A DNA stretch of 64,000 nucleotides from assembly GCA_046732175.1 (NCBI GenBank), contig JBKPMO010000001.1:11310-75309 (forward strand). The letters run 5' to 3'. Below, piece by piece: positions 35,629 through 45,617 of this stretch. The first letter of the stretch is position 1. Each line of letters starts with the position of its first letter. Position numbers and translations under genes: made by a program. This stretch comes from Verrucomicrobiota bacterium (lineage in GTDB: Bacteria; Verrucomicrobiota; Verrucomicrobiia; Chthoniobacterales; UBA10450). A model generated the notes under the pieces. The model made no database searches. It was not told the origin of the DNA and was given only the letters and a program-made list of their open reading frames with translations.

Positions 35629-36846
35629 CTTGCGTTTCTCGCCCTGCTCAAAGCCTCCAGGCACGGACCTCGCTGCTTTCACAACTTTCTCCGCTGCATC
35701 AGCCAGATCATCTGCGGTGATTACCGCAATAGCACTTTCTTTGAGCAGTTGCTTCCCTTTTTCGACATTTGTTCCTTCCAATCGCACCACCAATGGCACG
35801 GAGAGATGTACGGTTTTCGCGGCGTTAATGATTCCCTGCGCGATCACATCACATTTCATGATACCGCCGAAGATGTTTACCAGGATCGCCTGTACTTTCT
35901 TGTCCGCGATCAGAATCTTGAAAGCCTCGGTCACCTGCTCTTCGGTGGCGCTTCCCCCGACATCGAGAAAGTTGGCAGGATTGCCACCGTAAAACTTGAT
36001 GATGTCCATCGTCGCCATGGCGAGTCCGGCGCCGTTAACCAGACAGGCAATGTTTCCGTCCAGTCCGATGTAATTGAGACCGTGTTTAGAGGCTTCGACT
36101 TCGCGCGGATCTTCCTCGGCAATATCACGCATGGCTGCGATTTCCGGATGCCGATAAAGGGCGTTGTCATCGAAGTTAAATTTCGCATCGAGCGCCAGCA
36201 CCTCTCCCCTTGGGGTAACAACCAACGGATTAACTTCTACCATCGAGCAATCGAGGCCAATGAAGGCGCGGTATAAGCCGTCGAATAATTTCGATGCCGC
36301 TTTCAGTTGTGACGATTCAAACTCTAATTCCTTCGCCACCTTGCGCGTTTGAAATGGTTGCAAGCCGGCTAATGGGCCGATCGATTGGCGAATAATTTTC
36401 TCTGGCGATTTGGCGGCCACTCGTTCGATTTCAACACCGCCTTCCGTGCTCGCCACAATTAATGGCGCCGCGCTGGGACGATCTCGGATAATTGCAAAAT
36501 AAATCTCGCGCTGGATCCGCGCCGCCTCCGCCACCAGCACTTTATTGACGACGCGACCAGCTGGCCCCGTCTGATGTGTGACCAGCGTCTGTCCAAGCAT
36601 TTTGCTCGCAATTTCACGCGTTGCCTCCGGCGTCGTGCAAACGTGCACTCCGCCTTTGAATCCGTTCGCAAAGGTCCCCTTCCCTCGCCCGCCCGCGTGA
36701 ATCTGCGCTTTCACCACGACTTCGGCCGGCGCGAGTTCGCGTGCGATCTGTTCTGCTTCCTCAGGCGAGGTGGCGACCTTGCCGCGTGTTGTCGCCACTC
36801 CGAATTTCTCCAGTAATTCCTTGGCCTGATACTCGTGAATGTTCAT
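35617..36846 (-). CDS. sucC: Succinyl-CoA ligase subunit beta
   Basis: Start moved to ATG 36846 ([16 protein letters not shown]). Motifs: [29 protein letters not shown]. Confidence 0.95.
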   Translation of the reverse strand: MNIHEYQAKELLEKFGVATTRGKVATSPEEAEQIARELAPAEVVVKAQIHAGGRGKGTFANGFKGGVHVCTTPEATREIASKMLGQTLVTHQTGPAGRVVNKVLVAEAARIQREIYFAIIRDRPSAAPLIVASTEGGVEIERVAAKSPEKIIRQSIGPLAGLQPFQTRKVAKELEFESSQLKAASKLFDGLYRAFIGLDCSMVEVNPLVVTPRGEVLALDAKFNFDDNALYRHPEIAAMRDIAEEDPREVEASKHGLNYIGLDGNIACLVNGAGLAMATMDIIKFYGGNPANFLDVGGSATEEQVTEAFKILIADKKVQAILVNIFGGIMKCDVIAQGIINAAKTVHLSVPLVVRLEGTNVEKGKQLLKESAIAVITADDLADAAEKVVKAARSVPGGFEQGEKRKNDE

Positions 36847-36972
36847 CGCGGGCGAAGCACGACTAAGCGCGGAACTTTCACGCAAGCAATCGAATTTCTT
36901 CCAGCGATTAAAATGCAGAAGTTCGCGCGTTTGGCGCCGACGATGAACCAGGCGCCAACCCTGGGGTAGAGT

Positions 36973-37737
36973 TTACTTGCGCCAGAACATTCCGGACCAA
37001 TCAATCCTCGTCATTGGAGATTGAATGGAATGCGTGGCGCGGAAGTCATCTACTGCGGCTTTGCAATTTGGCAGGGCGTAATCGTCGATGATGATAAAAC
37101 CGCGCGACGAAACCCTGGAATAAAGATGGCTCAAAACCAGCCGGGTCGACTCGTAAAGGTCGCCGTCCAAACGCAAGACCGAGATCGAGTTTAACCTGGT
37201 CTTGGGAATGGTGTCGCGGAACCAGCCGGCCACGAATTGCGTTCGTTGGTCGAGTAAATCGAAGCGCTCGAAGTTTGCTTTAACTTTCTCCAAACTTACC
37301 GCGAGGTATTCGTTGAAGGTCCAGAGACGGTCGCCCTCATCGTGCGGATAATTTTTCGCGTCGGGTTGGGGCAAGCCTTCGAAAGAATCGAACAACCATA
37401 CCTGGCGGGTCTGATCGCCCGTTGCCGCCAGGACCCCGCGCATCAAAATACCACAGCCGCCGCGCCAGACGCCGGTTTCGACAAAATCACCCGGAATTTT
37501 TTCCTGCACCGCAGCGCAACAGCAATTCTCCAAATTTTCCAACCGTTTCGTTCCTACCATCGTCACCGCTTCCAGTGGCCAGTCCCTCCCTTTTTCGCGA
37601 AGCTCCGGATCAAACGGCTTCAGCTGCAGCGAACCACTGCTAATGTCATAACGCGAATCGGGGAACCGGTCTCGGCAGAGCGAATGTCGCAATAAATTCA
37701 AATAGAGACGAGCGCTCGCGTTGTTCGATGTATGCAT
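36973..37737 (-). CDS. TylF/MycF-family (macrocin-O-methyltransferase-like) SAM-dependent methyltransferase
   Basis: GD.VE.GVWRGG, L.DSFEGLP, LRLDGDLYEST, II.DDY. Confidence 0.85.
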   Translation of the reverse strand: MHTSNNASARLYLNLLRHSLCRDRFPDSRYDISSGSLQLKPFDPELREKGRDWPLEAVTMVGTKRLENLENCCCAAVQEKIPGDFVETGVWRGGCGILMRGVLAATGDQTRQVWLFDSFEGLPQPDAKNYPHDEGDRLWTFNEYLAVSLEKVKANFERFDLLDQRTQFVAGWFRDTIPKTRLNSISVLRLDGDLYESTRLVLSHLYSRVSSRGFIIIDDYALPNCKAAVDDFRATHSIQSPMTRIDWSGMFWRK

Positions 37738-37836
37738 GTTTCTACGCTATTCTTACGAAAGGCCCTCGAACAAAGATCCGTCAAAGCAAAAATGACTCTC
37801 CAATTCGTCATTCCTCCGTCTAAGTGCTGAAAATCT

Positions 37837-37989
37837 ATGAAATCACTTCTCGTTATCAGTTTAACCATTCCTGTCTGCGGCGCATACGCCGCTTCGGCTG
37901 ACCAGGAAAAGATATTTGTCGAAAAATACAAGACCGCGCTCGAAGCGAAGAAACTTTGTGTGCCCTTTCCATTTGGTGATTGTGACTAA
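37837..37989 (+). CDS. Possible small secreted peptide (very weak, below the ORF-track cutoff)
   Basis: Own translation: MKSLLVISLTIPVCGAYAASADQEKIFVEKYKTALEAKKLCVPFPFGDCD*. A second short frame (37982-38089) overlaps its end. Confidence 0.2.
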   Translation: MKSLLVISLTIPVCGAYAASADQEKIFVEKYKTALEAKKLCVPFPFGDCD

Positions 37990-38271
37990 GAAAAAAGACG
38001 AGAATGGCAGCTCTGCTAATACGACCGAAAATTTCATCGACGAAAAAGAAGGGAAATTTGTAATCCCTGTACCCGGAGCCTGTAAATAACGCGCGAAATT
38101 GGAATCTCAACGTCACTCGCGCGGGTCACTTCATCCCAACCGTGCAGGATTCCGCTGGGCCATCGCTCGGCCGCCTTTGAAGCGCTGGCGAAAGGTTAGC
38201 AGCGACGCGCGCGTTTCTTGGCTCGATGCACGCTTGCAAAGCCACTCCGCATCGAAATGATAGCGAACACG

Positions 38272-40239
38272 ATGGCCACTCTCACCGAACAGATTAATCG
38301 TGCGCTCTCCGATGGAAAATTACGCGCCGATGCCGCTGAAGACATCCGCAAGGCTTTAGCTGATGCTGAGAGTGAATTCGTCGCCTGCGTGATTGGCGAA
38401 CTGATCACAGCAAACCAGTGGGAAGAACTGAACGATCGCTTCTACAAAACACTCGCCTTTGGAACAGGAGGCTTACGTGGACGCACCATCGGAAAAGTTG
38501 TGACCAAAGCAGAGCGTGGGACGCGAAACGCCCTTGGTCGCCCTGAATTCCCCTGTGTGGGCACCAATGCGATGAACTATTTCAATGTCGCGCGCGCCAC
38601 CCGCGGATTGGTTAGCTACGTCCGGAAGTGGCGTACCAAAAACGCAATCACTGGGCGGTCGAAAATTGTCATCGCGCATGATACTCGGTATTTCTCGAGG
38701 GAATTTGCTGAGCTCGCAGCCGAGACCGCCGCTGCTCACGGATGTGACGCTGTTGTTTTTGATGGTCCGCGCTCAACTCCCGAGCTTTCCTTTGCTGTCC
38801 GTTATTTGAAGGCCGACGCCGGCGTTGTCATCACCGCCAGCCACAACCCGCCACACGACAATGGTTACAAGGTTTATTTCAGCGATGGCGCACAGGTAGT
38901 CGAACCGCATGCCAGTGGGATCATCGCCGAAGTGAACAGCGAACCAATGATTTCCGGTTCATCCGAAAAATCTGGAACGGACGAGCGCGGCCAAATCATC
39001 ACCGTCGGTGAGGAAGTCGATCGCGCTTATATGGAACGGCTCGAAACCCTGGTCCTGGATCGCGAAGTAATCGCCAAAGCTCGCGATTTGAAGATTGTTT
39101 ACACTCCGATCCATGGAACCGGGAGCATCGTCGTCAAGCCGATGTTGCGAAGGCTTGGCGTGAACTTTTCCGTCGTTCCGGAGCAGGACCAAATGGATGG
39201 CCGTTTTCCGACGGTGAAATCGCCAAATCCGGAAAATGCGGAGGCGTTAAAATTGAGCGTCGCGCTCGCGCAAAAGGAAAAAGCCGACCTCGTAGCTGCG
39301 ACCGACCCGGATTGCGATCGCCTCGGCGTGGCAGTGCGGACAGCATCGGGCGAAATGAAATTACTGAGCGGAAATCAAATCGGTTCTGTACTGGCCTGGT
39401 ACCGTGCCAGGACATTTTTCGATCTCGGAATTTTGAACAAAGAGAACGCGTATCGGGGCGTCATTATCAAGACTTTCGTCACCAGCGACCTGCAGAAGGC
39501 GATCGCGGAGAAATTCGGATTGCGCTGTATCGATACGCTCACCGGTTTCAAATATAACGGCGCGAAACTGAACAAGTACGAGGAAGAGACGGCCACACCG
39601 AATTATCGGGAGCTGTCGGAGGAAGAAACGCGCCGGCTGCGGTTGCAGAAATCGTCGTTCTACATTTTCGGCAGCGAAGAAAGCTACGGCTATAGCGGCG
39701 CTGATTTCGTGCACGACAAGGATGGAAATGCTGCCGTGATCATGTTTTGCGAAGTCGCGGCCTACGCCAAATCGCAGGGAATGACTTTGGACGAATTGCT
39801 CGACGAAATTTTTTGCGAGTTCGGTTACTTCGAGGAAAAGAATTACTCGATCTATTTCGAAGGCGCGGATGGGGCGGAGAACATTCGCCGGCTGCTCATT
39901 TCCTACGACGAAAATCCTCCACGCCAGATGCTGGAGAGCCCGGTCACGCGCATCCGCAATTTCGAGAAAGAAACGATTCGCGACGTCGAGGGCGACGAGA
40001 TTCCGAAAGAGAAGATGTTGATTTTCGAGCTGGCGGACAAAACGCGTATCGCGGTACGGGGATCGGGAACCGAACCCAAGATCAAGTACTACCTATTTGG
40101 CGCACAATTGCCCAAGGATGGAAAGTTGTCGCGTGAGGAACTGGGGCGCGCCCGGGCTGAAATCGATCAACGACTGGATGCGCTTTGGAATTGGCTGCGG
40201 TCGGATGCCGATCGACGAGTAAAGCAAGAGATGGAGTGA
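38272..40239 (+). CDS. Phosphoglucomutase/phosphomannomutase-family phospho-sugar mutase
   Basis: Active-site TASHNPPHDNGYK, Mg loop TDPDCDR, sugar-binding loop GSEESYGY, and the C-terminal RGSGTEPK. The track ORF starts at 38218. I prefer ATG 38272 (MATLTEQI). Confidence 0.9.
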   Translation: MATLTEQINRALSDGKLRADAAEDIRKALADAESEFVACVIGELITANQWEELNDRFYKTLAFGTGGLRGRTIGKVVTKAERGTRNALGRPEFPCVGTNAMNYFNVARATRGLVSYVRKWRTKNAITGRSKIVIAHDTRYFSREFAELAAETAAAHGCDAVVFDGPRSTPELSFAVRYLKADAGVVITASHNPPHDNGYKVYFSDGAQVVEPHASGIIAEVNSEPMISGSSEKSGTDERGQIITVGEEVDRAYMERLETLVLDREVIAKARDLKIVYTPIHGTGSIVVKPMLRRLGVNFSVVPEQDQMDGRFPTVKSPNPENAEALKLSVALAQKEKADLVAATDPDCDRLGVAVRTASGEMKLLSGNQIGSVLAWYRARTFFDLGILNKENAYRGVIIKTFVTSDLQKAIAEKFGLRCIDTLTGFKYNGAKLNKYEEETATPNYRELSEEETRRLRLQKSSFYIFGSEESYGYSGADFVHDKDGNAAVIMFCEVAAYAKSQGMTLDELLDEIFCEFGYFEEKNYSIYFEGADGAENIRRLLISYDENPPRQMLESPVTRIRNFEKETIRDVEGDEIPKEKMLIFELADKTRIAVRGSGTEPKIKYYLFGAQLPKDGKLSREELGRARAEIDQRLDALWNWLRSDADRRVKQEME

Positions 40240-40318
40240 TGGGGTGTTGGAGTGCTGGAGTAATGGATGTTAGCGTTCGGGCTCGCTTTCACTACTCTAT
40301 TACTCCAATTCTGTTCCC

Positions 40319-40669
40319 TTGATATTTCGCGCGATTCGCGCCAAGAGTTCCGGCGTGCGACGGGAAATACATTTGAGCGGTGGTGAAATTACAATCCTGA
40401 AAGCAATCGGTCTCACCGGCACGGCCCTGCCGGGACAATTCCTGCTCGACAAGATCGAAGAAGTCGAGGCGGGCGAATTTCTTGATACTCTCGCAGGCTT
40501 GTTGGCGATGGGTTATCTTCTCGCCACCAAAGTAAGCATTAAGACGCTGGGGGACGTCGAACGTGCTTCCTTTCGCGTCAATCCATCGTACGCGCACGAC
40601 CTGAAGGACGCGCTTGATCCGTATCGCCGGCGCGAACAGGAGAAACACCGGCGACGTCGTCGCGGTTAA
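40319..40669 (+). CDS. Hypothetical protein (conserved-looking, basic tail)
   Basis: 116-aa ORF with a TTG start. Its stop TAA (40667-40669) lies 1 nt before the lnt GTG. No family recognised. Confidence 0.45.
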   Translation: MIFRAIRAKSSGVRREIHLSGGEITILKAIGLTGTALPGQFLLDKIEEVEAGEFLDTLAGLLAMGYLLATKVSIKTLGDVERASFRVNPSYAHDLKDALDPYRRREQEKHRRRRRG

Positions 40670-40670
40670 G

Positions 40671-42368
40671 GTGAGGAGGCGATTGCTGCGGCTTTGGCCG
40701 TGGCTGATAGCGATCATCAGCGGTTTTCTTGCTGCCGCCGCATTCCCTCCATTCGATCAAACCTGGCTTGCCTGGGTCGCGCTTGCCCCGCTATGCGCCA
40801 CTATTTTGTTTTCGGGGGAAAACGCGAACCATCGCTGGCTGCGTGATCTCATCCTTGGTTACGTCGCCGGGCTCGCTTTTTTTTGGACGTGTTTTTTCTG
40901 GATGACGACGGTCTCCGCCCTCGGCTGGTTCGCCTTGCAATTTTATCTCGGTCTTTATTTCGCCGCCTGGGCATGGTTTTGCGGACTGATGCGGCCGCGG
41001 GTTCGCAAAATCGTTGCGCGTGATAAATGGAGTGAAATGCTCGCGCGGGCCAGGCCCGAATCAGCGCCCGCCAGCTCGCCATGGCTTAGCACCGGGCAAA
41101 ATCTTTTTCTCGCTTTGTCTCTCGCGGCCGCGTGGGTCGCCTTGGAATGGATACGAGGCTGGATGTTCACCGGGTTCGGGTGGAACGGGCTCGGCACCGC
41201 TTTGCATGGGACGTGGCCACTAATTCAGATTGCGGAATTTACCGGAGTCGCGGGCGTCACCTTCCTGGTGGCATTTTGCAACGTCATCCTGACCACCACA
41301 GGCCGGCGAATTTGGGAGGAAACTCGCGCTCGCGCGATGCGACCGCACTTTGATTTGACGCTGACTCTCGTCGGACTGGTGGCGGTATTCACATGGGGGC
41401 TGACAGCCGTGCAAACGCGGCCAACCTCGCGACCGTTAAGCGCTGCTTTGGTTCAGGCGAACGTACCGCGCGCGGAGAAATTCGATCTCCGCTATAAGCA
41501 AACAATCTTCGATAAGTTTTCGCGGTTGAGCCAAGTAGCGCTCACGTCAGCATCCGGCATCGATCTCATGATTTGGCCGGAAAGCTCCATGCCGGCACCT
41601 GTGCTTGAGGATCAGGAAACATTTGATTTCGTCAGTGAGATCGCCAGCGCGAACAAAGTAGACTTGCTCCTCGGTGCAATCGACGAAGAACCGCATCAGG
41701 TTTACAACGCCGCTCTTTTGTTTCGGCCGGAAGGCCATCCCCAGCTTTATCGCAAGGTCCACCTCGTTCCGTTCGGCGAATTTGTCCCGTTCCGCCATTC
41801 CTTCCCGCTGTTTGCGAAAATTGTCGGCGACCAGGTCCCGGAGGATTTCGACGCCGGCAAAGAATTTACCGTGTTTCAGCTGTCCAATAACCGCGGCAAA
41901 GTCGCGCCGCTGATTTGTTTCGAGGACACCATCGGAGAATTGACGCGGCAATTTGCTCTGCGTGGTGCAGATTTTTTCGCTAACGTCACCAACGACGGCT
42001 GGTTTCTGCGCTCCGCCGGTTCGCGTCAGCACTTGGCGAATGCCATTTTCCGATGCGTGGAGAATCGGCGGCCCATGGTGCGCGGCGCTAACACCGGCGT
42101 GACCTGCTTCGTTAATGAATTTGGTCGCGTCACGCAAATCTTGCGAGACGATCAAGGGAGCATCTTCGAAGAAGGAACTCTGATCGGCGAAATTAATATC
42201 GCCAACGAGCCAACGCTCACGTTTTACACCCAGCATGGCGAGTTATTCGCCAAAGTATGCACAGTGTTCGCATTCGCTGTCCTGATTATAAGATTGCTGG
42301 GTCGGTTTCGATTCCACCGGGGGCCTAGTTTGACCGCGATGTCCGATCGGCCAGGTAGAGGTGATTGA
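40671..42368 (+). CDS. lnt: Apolipoprotein N-acyltransferase
   Basis: N-terminal polytopic region followed by a CN-hydrolase domain: WPES, YRKVHLVPFGEFVP, ICFEDT. Start set at GTG 40671 (track start 40614). Confidence 0.9.
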   Translation: MRRRLLRLWPWLIAIISGFLAAAAFPPFDQTWLAWVALAPLCATILFSGENANHRWLRDLILGYVAGLAFFWTCFFWMTTVSALGWFALQFYLGLYFAAWAWFCGLMRPRVRKIVARDKWSEMLARARPESAPASSPWLSTGQNLFLALSLAAAWVALEWIRGWMFTGFGWNGLGTALHGTWPLIQIAEFTGVAGVTFLVAFCNVILTTTGRRIWEETRARAMRPHFDLTLTLVGLVAVFTWGLTAVQTRPTSRPLSAALVQANVPRAEKFDLRYKQTIFDKFSRLSQVALTSASGIDLMIWPESSMPAPVLEDQETFDFVSEIASANKVDLLLGAIDEEPHQVYNAALLFRPEGHPQLYRKVHLVPFGEFVPFRHSFPLFAKIVGDQVPEDFDAGKEFTVFQLSNNRGKVAPLICFEDTIGELTRQFALRGADFFANVTNDGWFLRSAGSRQHLANAIFRCVENRRPMVRGANTGVTCFVNEFGRVTQILRDDQGSIFEEGTLIGEINIANEPTLTFYTQHGELFAKVCTVFAFAVLIIRLLGRFRFHRGPSLTAMSDRPGRGD

Positions 42369-42418
42369 CCCCGATCGCCCGATCGTTGCCGCGGCCGACG
42401 ACCGCGGCTACAGAGAAA

Positions 42419-43510
42419 ATGATGGCGGTGCTTCTCCCTGTCGATCAGCTTCTCGAACTCTGGCCGGATGAATTTCAGGGCGCCCGTCTGGGCGCCCTGC
42501 TCCATCCCGCCTCCATCAATTCCAAGCTGGAGCATACCGCGCAAATTCTTGAACGGGAAAACGGGAAGCTATTTCACTTGCGTGCCCTGTTCGGTCCGCA
42601 ACACGGCTACCGCGGCGAAACGCAGGATAACATGGTGGAATGGCAAAGCTACGAACATCCGCAACTCGGGATCCCGGTCTACAGCTTGTACGGCGAACAC
42701 CGCGAACCGACGCGCGAGATGTTGCATGGTCTCGATCTGTTGCTCATCGACCTGCAGGACGTGGGTGCGCGTTACTACACCTTTGTTTGGACGATGTATC
42801 TGGCAATGCGCGCCTGCGAACGGGAGAACATTCGCGTCGTCGTTCTCGATCGGCCAAACCCGATTAATGGCGTGACAGTCGAAGGCCCAAAACTGAATCC
42901 GGATTACCGCTCATTTGTGGGAATGCATCCAATCCCGGTCCGTCACGGCAAAACCATCGGTGAGCTCGCGGTCCACTTTCGCAATGAATGCTTTCCCCTG
43001 TGCGCGCTCACCGTTCTGCCGATGGAAAATTGGGAGCGCGCGATGTGGTTCGATCAAACTGGTCTGGCCTGGGTAATGCCTTCGCCCAATATGCCGACGC
43101 TTACTACCGCTACGATTTATCCCGGAATGTGCCTGCTCGAAGGCACAAACGTTTCCGAGGGACGCGGCACGACTCGGCCGTTCGAAATTTTCGGTGCGCC
43201 GTGGATTGACCCGGAAAAACTCTGTCGCGAACTAAACGGCCTCAAACTTCCGGGCACACATTTTCGTGAGATGTTTTTCCAACCAACGTTCCAGAAATTT
43301 TCCGGCCAACTCTGCGGTGGTGCACAGCTGCACGTGAGCGACCGCGACGCTTTTCGTGCATTTGAGACGGGGCTTGAAGTCATACGCTGTATTCGCCGGA
43401 TGTATGGGAATCGTTTTCAGTGGAAGTCGCCACCTTACGAGTACGAATTCAAAAACCTGCCCATCGAAGTCCTGCTTGGCGGACCGCTTGGCGATTTTTT
43501 TCTCGAATGA
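42419..43510 (+). CDS. DUF1343 (NamZ/YzbB-like exo-beta-N-acetylmuramidase family) protein
   Basis: G.R.G.L.HPAS......H......... LFGP.HG.RG..Q, DLQDVG.R.YT..., DRPNP.NG. Either ATG 42419 or TTG 42365 (which overlaps the lnt TGA) could be the start. Confidence 0.8.
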   Translation: MMAVLLPVDQLLELWPDEFQGARLGALLHPASINSKLEHTAQILERENGKLFHLRALFGPQHGYRGETQDNMVEWQSYEHPQLGIPVYSLYGEHREPTREMLHGLDLLLIDLQDVGARYYTFVWTMYLAMRACERENIRVVVLDRPNPINGVTVEGPKLNPDYRSFVGMHPIPVRHGKTIGELAVHFRNECFPLCALTVLPMENWERAMWFDQTGLAWVMPSPNMPTLTTATIYPGMCLLEGTNVSEGRGTTRPFEIFGAPWIDPEKLCRELNGLKLPGTHFREMFFQPTFQKFSGQLCGGAQLHVSDRDAFRAFETGLEVIRCIRRMYGNRFQWKSPPYEYEFKNLPIEVLLGGPLGDFFLE

Positions 43511-44223
43511 CCGTCCAATTGTCTGCTGTGGTTATTGTCGCAAGCGTGATCAATGCCCTCGCCGACAACCCGGAGATGGCGATGGACAAAATGACCGATG
43601 ACGAGCTGCGGGCGTTCCGCGACCAGAAGGTGAACGAGCTGAAGCAGCGCGCGCGAGAGTTTCGTCCCGCATCAGCAGCAGCCGAAGGCACTAGCTACCC
43701 GCGAATTTTCTTCTGCACGATTTATTACACGCCCAGGGAATCGGGCTTCACCGCCGAGCGCGGATTCGATGCGACACCAACCACTGCAGTTGGATTGCAC
43801 GGCAGGAAATACTCGCGCGATTTTCTGTTAGCGGTAAAGAAAGAAGGCTTCGGCCGAATTAACGAAACGGTTGATGGCCGGAACTACATTCGCTGGATAG
43901 GCGGTAGCCGCTATGCCTTTGCGGAGGCGCCGGTTGGCCGTCGTGGCGAAGTGCTAGTGCCGCGCCGGTCCTGCGCGATTTCGTCGCGCAACAGGTTTCT
44001 ACGTCAACACGTTCGGCTGAAAATCAAATCGCAAACGGTCAACGAGGAAACCGGGAGCGATGAATGGTTCGTTTGTGATACCGGTCCTGGCGTCCATCCG
44101 CTGCAAATCGATTTGTACTGGGGTGAGGACGAACCACGCGGCGCGGTCGGGCGCCAGCGTGCGCGACCGCGCGGCACCTGGATGGAATATGCGTTTGAGG
44201 TTGAGGTGACGACTAAGCCTTGA
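43507..44223 (+). CDS. 3D-domain (MltA C-terminal-like) cell-wall protein
   Basis: Start at ATG 43507 (ATGA overlap with the upstream stop). N-terminal anchor, TIYYTPRESGF and CDTGPGV...QIDLYWG resemble 3D-domain Asp motifs. Confidence 0.6.
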   Translation: MTVQLSAVVIVASVINALADNPEMAMDKMTDDELRAFRDQKVNELKQRAREFRPASAAAEGTSYPRIFFCTIYYTPRESGFTAERGFDATPTTAVGLHGRKYSRDFLLAVKKEGFGRINETVDGRNYIRWIGGSRYAFAEAPVGRRGEVLVPRRSCAISSRNRFLRQHVRLKIKSQTVNEETGSDEWFVCDTGPGVHPLQIDLYWGEDEPRGAVGRQRARPRGTWMEYAFEVEVTTKP

Positions 44224-44255
44224 CTCCTGGGTGCGAACCGCAAGGTCCGTGCGCT

Positions 44256-44338
44256 GTCAGCCCGAGCGAAGTGACGATCTCTCGATTGCTCGAACGTCAT
44301 CCAACGTCGAAGATCCTTCGATCCGAGCCGGACTGGCG
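44256..44338. repeat. Degenerate copy of the GTCATCCCGAGCGAAGTCGAGGGATC element plus the CCGAGCCGGACTGGC module
   Basis: GTCAGCCCGAGCGAAGTGACGATCTCTCG ... GTCATCC, then TCCGAGCCGGACTGGCG (44322-44338). Confidence 0.5.
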
Positions 44339-44449
44339 TTTTCTGGCGGCTCAGGATGACAGACCAAACAAAAGTATCGTGAACAAACTATCGCGATTCT
44401 CCAAATTTAGTTTGTGGCCTCTCCTTACTTCTCGAAAATGTCGGCGTAA

Positions 44450-45535
44450 ATGTCCTTCCGGACTCTTGCTCTTGTCGCGTCTCTCGCTCTCGCATTACAC
44501 ACCTATGCCTACGGCCCGTTAGGTCACGAAATCGTCGGCGCCATTGCTGATCGCAAACTCGCCGGCACGCCAACGGCGGACAAAATCAAAACGCTTCTCG
44601 ATGGCATCCCGCTGGAGCGCGCTTCGCTGATGGCGGATGACATCAAGAGTTGGGACAAGCGCGGTCCAGATGATGCCCATGGAATTCATTTTCGCGATCA
44701 TCCAAAGATCGAACAAGAGCTCCACGATTTTTGGAATGCGAATCCGCCCAGCCCGGATGCCAGCGATACCACGCCGTCGCATCACTGGATGCATTACACG
44801 GATGTGCCGGTCCTCAACGCTGAGAAATACGGCGACGGCAAGAGCGGACGCGGCAACTGGGATGTGGTCCACACCATTCCTTACTGCATCGGAGTTTTGC
44901 GCCGTGAAATTCCCGAGGATAACGCGCGCAAGATCACGAAAACAATTGCGCTCATTCTGTTAGTCCATTGCGTCGGTGATATTCATCAACCGCTCCACGT
45001 CGGTGCGGAGTATTTCAACGAAGAAGGCGAAGCGATCGATCCCGATCGCGGCGCGACCGGTTTGGGTGATGAAGGCGGGAACGCCCTAAGTTTGATCCAC
45101 AACCCTGCCGCGGAACGTGCGCGACATTACTATCATTCGTTCCACGCCTATTGGGACCTGGATACAGTCCGCAACTTAACAATCGGAACGCCGGACGAAG
45201 TTCCGAAGGAGGAGCGTGAAAGTGTTTACGCGCCGGCAAAAGAGAAGTTGATCGCGAACTTTGTCGCGAATGAGCCAAAGAACTGGCGCACGTCCGGCGA
45301 TCCAAAAACCTGGGCCGAAAAATGGGCGAACGGGATTTTGCCAATCGCACGCGAGGCTCACACCCGTGTCCGATTTCAGCACGTCCATCGTGAAGAAAAA
45401 AACGGCCGCATCTTCGCCAAAGGCGAAGCTCACGAGATCGGGACGGGTTATCTCGATTGGTCGACTGAAGTAGTCGGCGACGAATTGCACAAAGCCGGCT
45501 GGCGCCTGGCGGAACTGCTGCAAAAGATTTTGTAA
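44450..45535 (+). CDS. Secreted S1/P1-type zinc nuclease family protein
   Basis: Signal peptide, then YGPLGHEIVGAIA (W/Y-G-x2-GH), HHWMHYTD and HCVGDIHQPLH. Confidence 0.75.
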   Translation: MSFRTLALVASLALALHTYAYGPLGHEIVGAIADRKLAGTPTADKIKTLLDGIPLERASLMADDIKSWDKRGPDDAHGIHFRDHPKIEQELHDFWNANPPSPDASDTTPSHHWMHYTDVPVLNAEKYGDGKSGRGNWDVVHTIPYCIGVLRREIPEDNARKITKTIALILLVHCVGDIHQPLHVGAEYFNEEGEAIDPDRGATGLGDEGGNALSLIHNPAAERARHYYHSFHAYWDLDTVRNLTIGTPDEVPKEERESVYAPAKEKLIANFVANEPKNWRTSGDPKTWAEKWANGILPIAREAHTRVRFQHVHREEKNGRIFAKGEAHEIGTGYLDWSTEVVGDELHKAGWRLAELLQKIL

Positions 45536-45562
45536 GACGACTCACGCACGCCAAGACGTGTG

Positions 45563-45597
45563 GTTGTAGCGGCGCTTGTGTCAAGCGCCTCTACAAC
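45563..45597. repeat. REP-like hairpin
   Basis: GTTGTAGcgGCGCTTG-tgt-CAAGCGCctCTACAAC. Confidence 0.6.
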
Positions 45598-45617
45598 TCC
45601 TGCTATCACCGTTAAAA

